Shown here: positions 35,385 to 47,200 of the stretch, one piece after another
Layout of the letters: each line of letters begins with the position of its first letter
How positions within the stretch are numbered: position 1 is the first letter of the stretch
Source of the DNA: Klebsormidium nitens
Taxonomy: Eukaryota > Plantae > Klebsormidiophyceae
Direction: 5' to 3'
Assembly: GCA_000708835.1 (NCBI GenBank)
Contig: DF237553.1
Coordinates: forward strand, 1-52,171
DNA length: 52,171 nucleotides
Notes under the pieces: model-generated
What the model saw: the letters and a program-made list of their open reading frames with translations, nothing else
Databases searched by the model: none
Told to the model about the DNA's origin: nothing
Made by a program: the position numbers and the translations under genes

Positions 35385-36951
35385 AAGTTGACAAATGGCA
35401 AGGTGTAGTCGGATATTATTATTCAAAGCAGGTGCAGCCGATATCAGATGAACTGAAGATAGACAATTGAGAGTTGATACGAGAACATTTGTTGTTGTTA
35501 GGAGCTGTCTCGCGTCTGACGTTGCTCCAGCTAGTGGTTTGAGAGGTCTATCAAGTTCACGAGTTGACAATCCTAAGGAGCACGACCATGTACAGACGGT
35601 TTCATAAAGTTCGAGTCCGGTCGTAAGAAGTGGGACGTACGAAAATAGAACTCTTTGTGGGCGGTTTAACGAATCATCACTTCGAGTCCAAGTGAATTGG
35701 TCCGGTCTTGTTCGAGCAGATCCGATGAAACGTTCTCCCCTTGTTTTTTGTGCAAACGCTCATGAGAAGGTTGATATGATCCCCGACTGTCATGCACTGC
35801 ATATGCTTAATTGACTTAGCGACCCGCTCGAGCGCTTCGCATTGTAAGGAGGAGTTCAGTCTGCCAGGCGAAGAACCCGGACATGATTGACCATATTTGG
35901 GTTGGTCTCTTGTTTGATTAGTGATACACTCGATCATCGAGTGTATCGCAGATCTGAAAGGATTACTTTCAACTATAAGCGCGAGGGCGCGATCGGACCA
36001 TCCGCAATCATGAACATTGCAGGTAAAATTGTTGAAACTACTAGGTCGGTTGAACGTTTCAAAAGCAAGCTCATGGCACGCAAAGTTGATCATTTCTTCC
36101 CGCATCATTCAAGTTGATTCTAAAGATCAGTGGCCGTCATATCTGATATATGAATATCCACGACTCTTGCAGTACGTACAGCTCTGAGTCTAGGCTGTAC
36201 TATAGATAACGGCTGCAACGTCACATGCCACTGGACCCGATTCCATACTAGCTAGCATCCATGTGCGGCTAGCTCATGCACATGATGGGCCAGTCACCCG
36301 GACCATGGGCGGGGAACGATCAGTAGATCGCAATGGTGCGGGATTTATATTGCAATACTGCCAGGTCCCGGTACAAATAAAGAGCGACATGGATCAATAT
36401 GGGTATCGATCAATGTGTCGATAATACTACTCTAGGTATAAGTATGAGTACCGGGCCTGCCAGTGCAGATCCCATCTGATCATCTTGAAGCGATTGTACT
36501 ATTTATTCAACAACCCTTTGAACTGGTTGGATCGTGCTAGTGCGGCGGGCTCAACAACTGCGAGGCGACTTGCTGGGCCTGAGCGGCCCGCCACCCTTAT
36601 CAGACAAGACAGTCAGCCCTCAGAGGTCCGGTCAACATGCAAAACTTCAACCGTTTTTGACAAAGACAGTACGTTTGTCTGTTTGACCGGGATCGTGGAG
36701 TTTGTCGTACGTCTGATCGTCTGAAGTTAGCACCTGAGAGAATTAACCAGTCGGTCTCCGAGTGTCCTGCTTCAGCAATCTCGACCTGTCGGGAGTTGGT
36801 GCATTTCAATGCATTCATATGCAGTCTACGTTCGATCAACGCGTTCTGCGGCTGCCATTCGGCCGCCTTTTAATTGCTCAAAATATCTCGTGCCGCCGGA
36901 CTGGGCCGCTCGAGAATGCGTGCAATTGTCTCCAATGTTTGTCCACCGTGC

Positions 36952-39900
36952 CTACTCCTGCGCCTTGGGCCTGGAGGGGAGTCCCCCCTTAAACAGCTGC
37001 TCCACCTCGTAAGCACGCATGTTGAGCCGGTTGAGCAGCTTCTTCTCATCCTTGTCCAGCGTTTTCAGCAGGAACGCCTCCTCCTCCTCGATGATCTTTT
37101 CCAGCTCCATCTCCTCGTTCTGCAGCGACTGCCACAGGTTGTCCAGCCCCATCTTGGCCTGCGTCGCCAGCCGGTACACCAGCGGCTGCTGTGGGCCGCA
37201 CGTGTTGTCCGTCATCTTGAACTGGCTGCACGCGCACCAACACCCGCAGGCAAAAGGTCAGCACCGCCGGCTGACCGCACTTTCTCCGGCTGACGTCATG
37301 CACCAGATCGATCCCGGCGACCGAAGTTTCTCGAGGCTCGAGGAGGTCCTTGTATCGTAAGACCGCAAATCACTGGGGTTTGACAACAATCCAGCAACAA
37401 TCTGTTCCGGCATATCAGGGCCTGTGAATCACATCACAAATTGACAAGAGTTGGAAAAGCCCAAGTTCGACAGACGAGATCAAAGCTTTCGAAGCGTTCA
37501 ACACCGCGCAAGGACTGCCTCTCGTACCTGTAATCGAGGCCGACTCTTTTTGCCGCCTCCTTGATCTCCGGCAAGACGTTGTCCGGTATCGTCTTGGCGC
37601 GCGTGTACACGACCGCGCCTCCATAGCCCGTCCAGGCGTCGTTGCGGCCGCGGTAGTACACAAATACGTAGTCGTCGGGGCCGCCCTCAATCTTGCTCGA
37701 CACAATGTACCTGTGTGCACCGGAGGGGCAGAGCAAAGTGAGCGGCCGGTTACAAACGAGGGCTTTTTACTGCAGCAGGGGACTGCTCATTGCGCATGTA
37801 CTTGCACATAACCTGGGGTCTCACTTACTGGTGCTTTTATCGGACGATGTTTCAGCTTTGTGCATCCGGAATAGCAAATGCTTTCACCTCAATAGAGATT
37901 GATTCCTTGATTCGACTCCTTCTCTTTCATTTGGGCGATGGCTTTTCTTTTACCTTCTCTTCCAGATCAGAGCGGGGTCTGAGGAGAGCTGCTTAGCTTT
38001 CTACAGAGAATGAGGCGGGCTGCACCGGTCATCCAATTAGTCTCATTGAGGAACACTTCTTCGGCCCAGACGCCCTCACCAGTCGTCCTCGTAGTGCAGG
38101 AACTCGTTGCCGTGGTTGTACAGTATGCCCGGGCGCTGCGGGTCCTGCTTGAAGTTCTGCACCGCGGAGCGCGTGAAGAAGCCGCCGTCAGGCGTGTTGA
38201 TGCGCCACGTCAGGTTCCCCGTCACCTGCTGCGGTGCGGGCGCCTCAAAGTTGTGCAGCTGGCAGTCGAACGTGTCGAAGATCCGGTTCAGCCCCGCGCT
38301 GATGTACCACTCGCCCGTGAACTTGGACGTGTCGAACTCGGGGACGAGCGCATCCGGCTTGGGCTCCTGCACAAAACGAAAATGGTCGGTAAGCCTTGAG
38401 GCGGCGCTCGAGCAGGTAACAGCCAAGGAAAGCTACCGTTGTTTGCATCGACACTTGGCACCCAGATTTTGATGTGGGTTCTTGATGTCAGCCAAGCAAG
38501 CCCCCCCGGAACACTGATTGTGTTGAGACCGGTAGACCGTAAGAGCAACCCTGGGGCTCGGGAACAAATCGACTTTGCACTGCTAACTGACACCCGGGCT
38601 TAAGTTCTTGTGGCATCTGCGGAAGCCAGTTCAGCCGTTCTTATCGAGGGAGAATGCCTATTGACAGTCAGGAACCAACGTCGGGGATGAGGACAAACAT
38701 TCAATCAAGAAACTGCTGTTGGCACCCGAGCTAGACACACCACCAAATACATGGATACCAATCGCCCCAGGGAGGACTAGAACGTGAAAATGAACTTCTC
38801 ACTGTACAGGAAATTACCCCTATAAACGTGAGTGACAAGCTCAAGAGAATTGTGAATAGAAGCGAAGGCCTTAGGAGACTTAACTTGGGCAGCACCTACT
38901 TAGTGGTCATGGAAAAATATGAAACAGAGGTCAGGCCTCCACAACAGAGCTGCCCAATGAAACACGATAGCTGCAAACCTCCGGAGAGATGAGGTGTACA
39001 ACACTTTGAAAACCCTCCTCAAAAAGTACATGGAGTCTCTGAGTCTGATATGACGCTCAGATTCTGAAACCCTGCCTTGTCAGGAGACGGCGCTGTTTCC
39101 TCTCTGGTCCAATCAAATCCTTAAAATGGAGGTTATATGTAGAGAATCGAGTGGGGCAGGCAGTGGAGAGGCACGTGACAAGAGCCCGTACCGGGAACTT
39201 GCCCTCGTCCTGCTTCTGGGGCACACACCCCTTCTCTGAAACAGCACACTTGTTGAAGTTGTCTACCACACTGTTCTGGAAAAGATCTCCGCATTGAATC
39301 TGCACACAAGAAGCAGGCATAGAGTTGAAGTTGACCATCTCAATGTGTGTCAAAGTTCAAGAGTAAGGCATGTCAACATCATTCTTTCGATCTTGCTCCT
39401 CGAAATTGGCACTAAACAGAGGCATTTAGGGGATAGTTGAACGTTGTCTTGCTTTCCAAGTTCCAAGCATCCCTTACAAACAAATTGCAGAGCAATCTTT
39501 GAAGGCATGCACAAATTGCAAGTAACATAGCAAAACAGGCTGAATAAAGGTTTGGGTCAAAGCTTGTGTGCATTTCTGATGCAAATGACTTCAGGAAAGA
39601 GTTAGCCAAGCCCACAAGTCCCAAATTCAGAGGGTCGCAGCATTGTGCAGAATGTCACATCAGCAGGCAGCTGATTTACCCACATAGTTAACTGATATAC
39701 GCTGGCGCACATCTTTGCTGCTGCACCTCGGTTCTTACCTGGCACTCGGTCTCATCCGGCCTGCCATTGCATGTGTTCAGGCATGCAATGTTGGCTGCAC
39801 ACGAGGGGTTCTCCAGGCACTCCGCGAGTTGAGCGCTGCAAACAGCAGAGAAGTCTGAATGTGACCAATCTTCTGCAGCGATGGAGCTGGTGGTAGTGAC

Positions 39901-40601
39901 CAAAGCACTGAGAGGATAATATCAGGGCATCTCTGAAAGGCCACCTTGCTCTGCACTGATTTGACATTGTAGAGGCGAGCCATCATGTTTGCAGAATCTC
40001 TGCCAAAGCACCTTGTGCGAATCTGCGGCCATGATGTGTTGGCAGGGGGTGTCAACTTGGAAAGAGCAACGCTTTTCGTTCGTTTGTCTCGTATAAGAAA
40101 TTGTCACCAAATGAATGCAAGCACAGCCGTCGCAAAGCAGCTGCCTCACGCGCAATTCTGCAGCAGGCATTGGCAGGTCTTGAGCGCGTCCGCAGCGGAG
40201 GCAGAGGGCACAGCTCCCCCGAGTAGTGTGACCGCCACCCCCGCAGCCAGCATTGGCACCACGACCCGCTTCTGCATGCTGCGCCAAAATGGAGCAGCCG
40301 ACGCGCCGTTTGCTTCTTCAGAAGGTCCAACCGGGGGAGCCCTCACATGGGGCCGCTCCTGCTTTTGTGAAGCAGAAGCTACCGTGCATCCCAACGGTCT
40401 AGAGGAGGATAACCGTTTGGATTTCCGCAGCGCGTTCCTCGACTTTGGTCCCACGAGTGGGGCAAATAGTCCATGCTTCTGCAGCGCACCGTCAAGAGGT
40501 AAGCTGGCCGCAGGCGACTGCCTCGAAGAATCTCGCCGGAGCGCAGTGCCTGCAAAGGGCGCCACAGCGCCCACCACAGGGGAACACACAGCGCTCGGCA
40601 T
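36952..40601 (-). CDS. VDE: Violaxanthin de-epoxidase (land-plant type), thylakoid lumen
   Basis: Bipartite transit peptide ending [12 protein letters not shown]. Cys-rich domain [46 protein letters not shown]...[15 protein letters not shown]. Lipocalin domain [67 protein letters not shown]. Glu-rich C-terminus. Six exons. Confidence 0.97.
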
Positions 40602-41106
40602 TATTTTAATTTGCTCTTAGATTGTGGAGGATGTAGCTTTGGAATTGATTGCCAAGCTTGTCGGGAGAGCACTTGCAGAGTACAGCGCTTGCAAAGGTAT
40701 TATGACATTGACAATGTCTATCCAAGATTCAGAAGAATGCAATGCAGCTTTCTTCAAGCTTGCAAAGTTGAAGTACCGTAGGTACCCCAACGTACGTAAC
40801 TTCAAGACCACCCGCGAGTTGCAAAAATCTGCACTTTCCACGTCACCCAGCTTCAGAAAGCAAAAGCGTCTTGGAGGATATTCGCACGTCTAAACCTTGA
40901 GGGCCCGTTGAGATTGAGAAGCAAAAAACCCAGCAAGTGAGAACACGCCCAAATATCCTAGAAAGGGAAGTTGGTACATACGGTATGAATTCACTGCAAC
41001 TTCAAGCTGCAGCAACCCTGATTCAAGAGATCCGCCATATTGGCCAATGCCTCGTCCTGGGGCACGTCCGGGGTGAACTGCACTGGGCTCCAATGCCGCG
41101 CACGTG

Positions 41107-42971
41107 ATGGCCTCCTCTCTGCAGGCTTGCATTCACGCCGCTCTCTTGAGCCGGGCTTTGTCCCCGTCCTTTGCGCCCCGCCAGGGCCGTAGTCCACATC
41201 TGTGTCCCCTCGAGTTGCAGGTGCCTGCTTCAACGCACGTCGTTATTTGCGCCCAGTCCAATCACTCTGCCGGGGCAAAAAGCACAGGGAATAGAGCAGC
41301 GCCTGGTGGGAAGTTCCAGCGATCAGCCGCGGCGAGGAAAGCAAAAGAAGGTGAGGGGCAGAAGCGCCCGGGTTTGTTGCATTGCAGTTGGAGAGCACTT
41401 TTACTGGCATCCATGTGTTTGGCAAGACTTTTCTCTCCTGATAGTTGCTTCATCATTGAATAAGACCACTGCCTTTGCAGAATGTGGACAGAAACTATGG
41501 ACAACAAGAAACTTCATCGCCCATTGCTGAGAATCAAGACCTGCAATGCTGCCCAGTCTCATCCTTCCTCTCTTGATGCAGGTGAAACTCCTTCCACCAG
41601 GGGCCAACCGCAACCGCCAAAGCCCGCTGCTGACAGTGCTCCCCACGAGTACCACCATGATGTGTCGCTCACTGTCCCAGCGCCTCTAAAGCAAGTGTGG
41701 GAGCTGTGGACAGACCTTGAGAGTGCTCCAAAATGGTGAGGCACGGGATGGCTGCTCTGAAGCAGAGGGTAAAGTGCTTCGATGGGAGATACAGAATTGC
41801 TGAAGCTCCACAGAGTGCCCACGTTAGTCAAAGGACCACTTCGTATGTGAAAAGGATATGCCTTCAACGCAGAGAAAAGCGCCCGGAGTTATAGCATTAT
41901 CTACGAAGCTCCACCAAATTTTCTAATCGAATCACGAGAAGTGTGCCCCCAATCTTGATCTTCTCCCCCTCTCCCAGGATGCCCTGGATCACTGCAGTAG
42001 AGCTCTCCTCCGATGAAGGGGCGCCAGCCCGGCCGGAGGCGGCGCAGCTGCGGGGCGGGGCGGCTCTGCACGCACGGCCACTGTCCAAGTGGATCTGCAG
42101 CACGTCAGGCTTCCAGGTATGCAAAGTCATGCTCTTGTTGGTTTGCCGCCCCTCTTTGACTCAAGGAGAATGAATCCTCAGTCCACCTCCAGCTCTCAGT
42201 GAAGTGTAAGGGTTGTTTGTTTGCTGTTTACAATTTATTCTTCTGCCTCTTAGCCTGATGTAAAAAAATGTCCGATCTCGACAAGTCAATTACTCATGCA
42301 ATTACACTTTTGATAGGTCGAGATGGACATCCTGCAGATCCCTAAAACAGGAACAGTGAGAGTCTGCAACGCTCCCTAGCCGACACCTTCTCATTTGTGG
42401 CGCTTCTGGTGCAGATAGCCTGGACTGCGCGGGTGACTAATGTGACGGAAGAACTGCAAGCGGTGGCACCCCACTGTGCACTCGAGTGGGCCACCACCGA
42501 GGGTCTACAGAGCAGCGGGCGTGTCACCTTCATGCCAGCACAGCCAGGGGACGATGGCAGGGACAGCACCAGCATCGAACTCAAGGTGCGCATTGCTGCT
42601 TGACGTTTTCACGTTTTAAATCCAGAAACATCATGAGTTCTCTCCTCTAGAACTGGCAAAGATTGAATTGGGAGAGAGATTGAGGTGGAAATGTTGCAAC
42701 TGAGCTGCAGTGAAAAGTGAGTCTGTAAGACATCTTTCATCTCAGGTACCTAACAATACAGTATAGTATTTTGAGTGGATACTCTTGTAAAAGAAGAATA
42801 CTCTCCGACACGTCTCTGTCACTCCAGATTGTGCACACTCTCCCGCCGGCCCTGGCGCGCGTGATGGACGGGAGCGCTCTGGGGGGGCTCATCCGAGCAA
42901 CGCTGCGGAGCGACCTCGAACGATTTCAGCAGGTGAAGGCCGCACCAACCTCGCTGGCATATTTTCATTGA
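41107..42971 (+). CDS. Plastid-targeted SRPBCC/START-like polyketide cyclase/dehydrase family protein (3' end approximate)
   Basis: Transit-like MASSLQACIHAALLSRALSPSFAPR. Then HDVSLTVPAPLKQVWELWTDLESAPKWMPWITAV, LSKW.CSTSGFQIAWTARVT, LEWATTEGLQSSGRVTF and IRATLRSDLERFQQ, which match my recollection of cyanobacterial/plant cyclase-dehydrase SRPBCC proteins. Five exons. Confidence 0.85.
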
Positions 42972-44233
42972 ACCAGTGATGCGAGCGGACTGAATCGTGT
43001 ATAACTGGATTTCCAAGGCTCTGCTTAAGCTTGTCTTCCCAACATAGGCTCCTGGCCTGCTTTGCGGCATGCTTGGAGGACCCATGCGCCAGGAGAAAAG
43101 TACATCATACCGCTCGCTCTTACTCTTTCATTCTTCATGGCATGGAGCTTTGCGTTCATTTTCGCCGTTCGCAACCAGGTGGATTGCCCCCGTACCACGA
43201 CTTCATGGTGACTCGCGAAGAAACTCGAACTGACAAGCGCGCTGACCCTAGCCTTCACCTCCGTGCAGTACGTTATCAAAAGCGCCTCGGGAGCAGCCAC
43301 GGCCTCCAGACATTCACAGCCCGCACAACAAGACCACGGTTAGCAAAGGTCCCAGTCTCTTAGCGTGTGATGTCATGAGCAAGAGTTTTTGTCATGGACA
43401 TGTTGCCAGTCTGAACGGTCTAAACGGATGTCGTGAAAAAGTGATCTGCTGCTACACGCCAAATGAGTCATCCGCGCACACTTACACCACGCCAAGTCGA
43501 ACGGGTGTGTTTAAACATGTGCAAGTGGACTTTCGAGGTCTTCCACTGGACCTTGATACCGATGCAATCCGACGCGAACTTGCGAGGCGCATGGTACGCC
43601 AGTCTTGACAAGGTGCGGCGAAGGAAACAATCCCACATGCACGTGCAGCTTGTCACTGTGTGTGGGCGGGCCGATCGATTGAGCTTCTGAGATGGATGCA
43701 ATGGTGCCTAGATCGGCTGGTGCACACGTGGCCGCACCATTGATATATCATACTTAAATTGTACATTGATTATACAAATGCCGCGGAATCCATACATGCA
43801 TGCGGCGGTGCCCGTCATGCGGATGCCAGAGGGCGCAATGATGCCCTGAGCCCGGCACATTGCACTTGCAGAATCCAGCCACCTGAATCATATTCATATA
43901 TGAGATGTGTGTCCGTCGCGCAGGCCTCAGAACTTGAAAACGGCTACGTCATCATGCCCACAAGCAGGCCGTCCTTCCATCATGAAACTTCACAACCGAT
44001 GCCATGTCTTGCTGGAGGCCCTGCATTCAGTAACTGCGGAGACACTGACGCAGAAAAAATCCTCCGTGCCAGAGTTGAAGCGATTGAGGAAAGACGTGCA
44101 TCTCAGAGACGCAAGACGCCGGGCCTCCCCGTCTTCTCCACAACACCGAATTACATGACAGCATTGCGTACGCTCTTTAGGACCTACATGTTTGAACACA
44201 TTGTAACCCTCGCTTCCGCTGCGGCGCGGCTGT

Positions 44234-47200
44234 CTACCCAACAATCTCTTCCGTGACGGCGATGACCTCCTCCACCTCGACCTCCTCGTACTCGTAGTCC
44301 TCCTCGTCGTCGCTCTCGTCGCCGTCGCGCAGCGACCGCCGCAGCTCGCGCTCCTCCTCGTAAAACTTGTGCCAGTGCTCCTGCACAATTGCAGCGGACG
44401 GGCGAATCAGCGGCAATCCATGTACGACACGCAAAGGAGCGCAACTTCGAATCTCACATGCTTCCCAGTATTCAAACAAAGCACTGGACCTTTGAGGTCG
44501 ATATGCCAAAACTTCGACTCTCACTCGTTCCAGTAAACCTCTCCCCTAATGTCTAAACTCCAAAGATCACCACCGACTCCCGAAGCGTGTCGAAGGTAAT
44601 TGAAAATGCACTATAAAGTCTCAGTACAGGACTTGAGGAAACCAAACATCGTTGCGGCCGTCTGCACCTGCACACGTAAAAGAACAACTCCGATAGCCAT
44701 TGACAAGACGACATTCGTTTTTCAGGGCCGAGATTTCGTGCAAATAAACGATGGTGGCAGCCCTCACTTGTCGCGCCTTGAACTCGTCCATGAGCTGGCG
44801 CCGCTTTTCTAGTAGCTCCTTGTTCTGGCCCTGCTCCGCGGCCTCGTCCTCCTCCAGGTACTTCTTGCTTAGGTCCTTCAAGTTCTTCAAAATCTCCGCC
44901 TCCGTCGATGCGTCCAGCAGGCTCGCTGGCCGGGGCCGCCACAAAAACTGCAACGTGCCAGGGTGGGGTGGATTTCCAGGTCGTTTCTGGGTCTACTCAA
45001 ACGAAAGCGCTGAATTCACCGCAGCCAAGAGACACAGGCGGTAAAAAGAACGAGCGGTATCAGACAACCCGCTCGGAGTTGCTGTTTTCCAACCCGAAAG
45101 CGCACCCCGTTGAATTGGACGCCGTCATCGACAACCCACCAAGTGTTTGTGAAAGCCGCCCCTTTCAGACCTAAGCTTGAACTTGAATCGAACGGATCAG
45201 AATTCCTCTGTCGAACGCGAAGGTTTTCAGTGGGCTACCAAGCAAGCCGGCCAAAAAAGCCTCCCAGTCCAGCAACGTTCTCCACGCTCCCTCAGCCGGA
45301 GAGCGACGTCAGAGGGCAGGCGGTGCGACTGCTGACCTGGAAGAAGCGGTCGCGGGTGACGCGGTAGAGGAGCTTCCCCTGGAAGGACCACACCTGGAAC
45401 CCGTTCTCCATCGGCTGCACCGCTGTCACGCTCGTCGCCACGAACCTGTGCCACCACCCAGCACAGAAAACAATCAGACTAAAGTCGTGGCTTTTGAAGG
45501 CTGCTGCATGTAAGCTGAGTAAGCAGCAACAGTCCGCTGAGTGTCGGAAACGGGAGGACAGCATCTCGTGGGTGCTGTTCTAGCCAAGATTTAACACAAA
45601 CCTCTTGCCTGACTTCAAATCATCTCCTATTGCACATCAAAACCGGCACTCCTCAAAACGTTTGACCTTCTAGAGTACGCATGCGCAGACCCTATGTGGC
45701 AGAAGTGCGACTCGCTGTCTCCACTTCCTCTCATCCATCTTAAACCAGCTCAGAATGTTCCCCGATCATCAGCGCCAAGAGATCGATTGCAGAACAGAGA
45801 GCAGGCGTGGCTGGCTGCTGCGCTGACCTGCCGGTGGGGTCCCAGTCGACGTCGGTGGCCATGTAGTGCTCGCCGGTGGCCATGGTCTCCAGCTCGTCCA
45901 CGTTGAAGAACTCGAGCTGACCGTTGATGGCCTTCAGCCCCGCCAGCACGATGAACTTGCCCTGCGCACACCACCAGCAACCAGAGGCTCAGCCTCGCGC
46001 TCACCTTTGGAGTCCGAAAAACGATTGAGCGCAGAGCCTCAATCCCAGGGTAAGCAGAGAGCTTAGGCAGGGAATTTGAGATTTCCGTCAAGTATGTACT
46101 TGCTGTGCTCGTCAGTCTTGCTGGACGCGGATTCTAGCCAGATTGCCTCTTTTGGCAGACGTCTCCATGCAAATTTTAGTTTGTACCTTCAATCCGTAGC
46201 GCCAGATCTTGGCACATGGGACAGTTCTGTTGGAGAAGACGCCTCGCGAAAGCAAGCTAGTCCCGACAATGCCTACTTACTCTACACTGCCTTCAAAAAG
46301 ATCGACGGCCTTAACAAAGTCACTCCAATACGACTTGGGAGCTCACGTCCAGACTCGGACAGAGAGATAGCTTTCCTCTTCAAGCGCAGCCGCCCTTGAA
46401 CGAACACGTTCCGCGGCGCTTACCTGCGGCGACCAGTAGAGCGCGTTGGCCTGCTTGGCCTTGAGCGTGGTGAGCAGCGTCAGCTTGTCCTGCCCCGTCT
46501 TGGACTTCATGCTGTAGAAGCTGACGTCAGGGCGGGGGCCCTCCCCGTGGATCAGCGCAAAGCGGTGCCCCTTGGGCTCCCACGCGAAGGCAACCACCTT
46601 CTCGTTCTTGTTCTCAATCTCCAGAACCTGCGCCGACCAAAGCATAGTGTCAGCACTGTCACAAGTCCCACCTCCTCTGTGCTTCGAAATCTCGCTTAAA
46701 CTTTACACGAACCAAGTCAAACGAAACAATCGACTGTTGCAAGCAAAGAGACAGGATCTTTGAAACCCAGGCTGTCGAAAGAATACAAGTGAGAGGGCCA
46801 CGCTGTATCAAGAAGAAGAGTGATAAAGGAGGCGAAACGTTTGGCGGAGGGCCAACGCATTTTTTTTTTTTGGACAGACCTCAAGCATGCAACAATTGCT
46901 CCTTCTGCCTCGAAAGCTCCTTTCAGGACATCCAGATACTAATAGCATCAGACTTAATCATCTGACTGCCCAGCACGAGGTTCAGAAACACATGACAAAA
47001 TCCTGGCGGCCAACACTGGGCGTTACCTCGATGGGGATGTCCCGCTCCTTGATGCGGAACAGCTCGAAGCCGGGGTAGGTGCTCTTCTTGGTCTTGGTGT
47101 AGCGGTCCACCTTGACGGCCAGATACTCGCCCGCGGGGTGCCAGTACATCTTGCACTCGCTCACACTGCAAACACGCAAGCCTCCGCCACGTCAGATCTG

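Noticed and set aside
43759-44256. 165-aa plus-strand ORF overlapping the eIF3b stop
   Set aside because: It is antisense to the eIF3b 3' UTR, has a non-ATG start and runs through low-complexity intergenic DNA.
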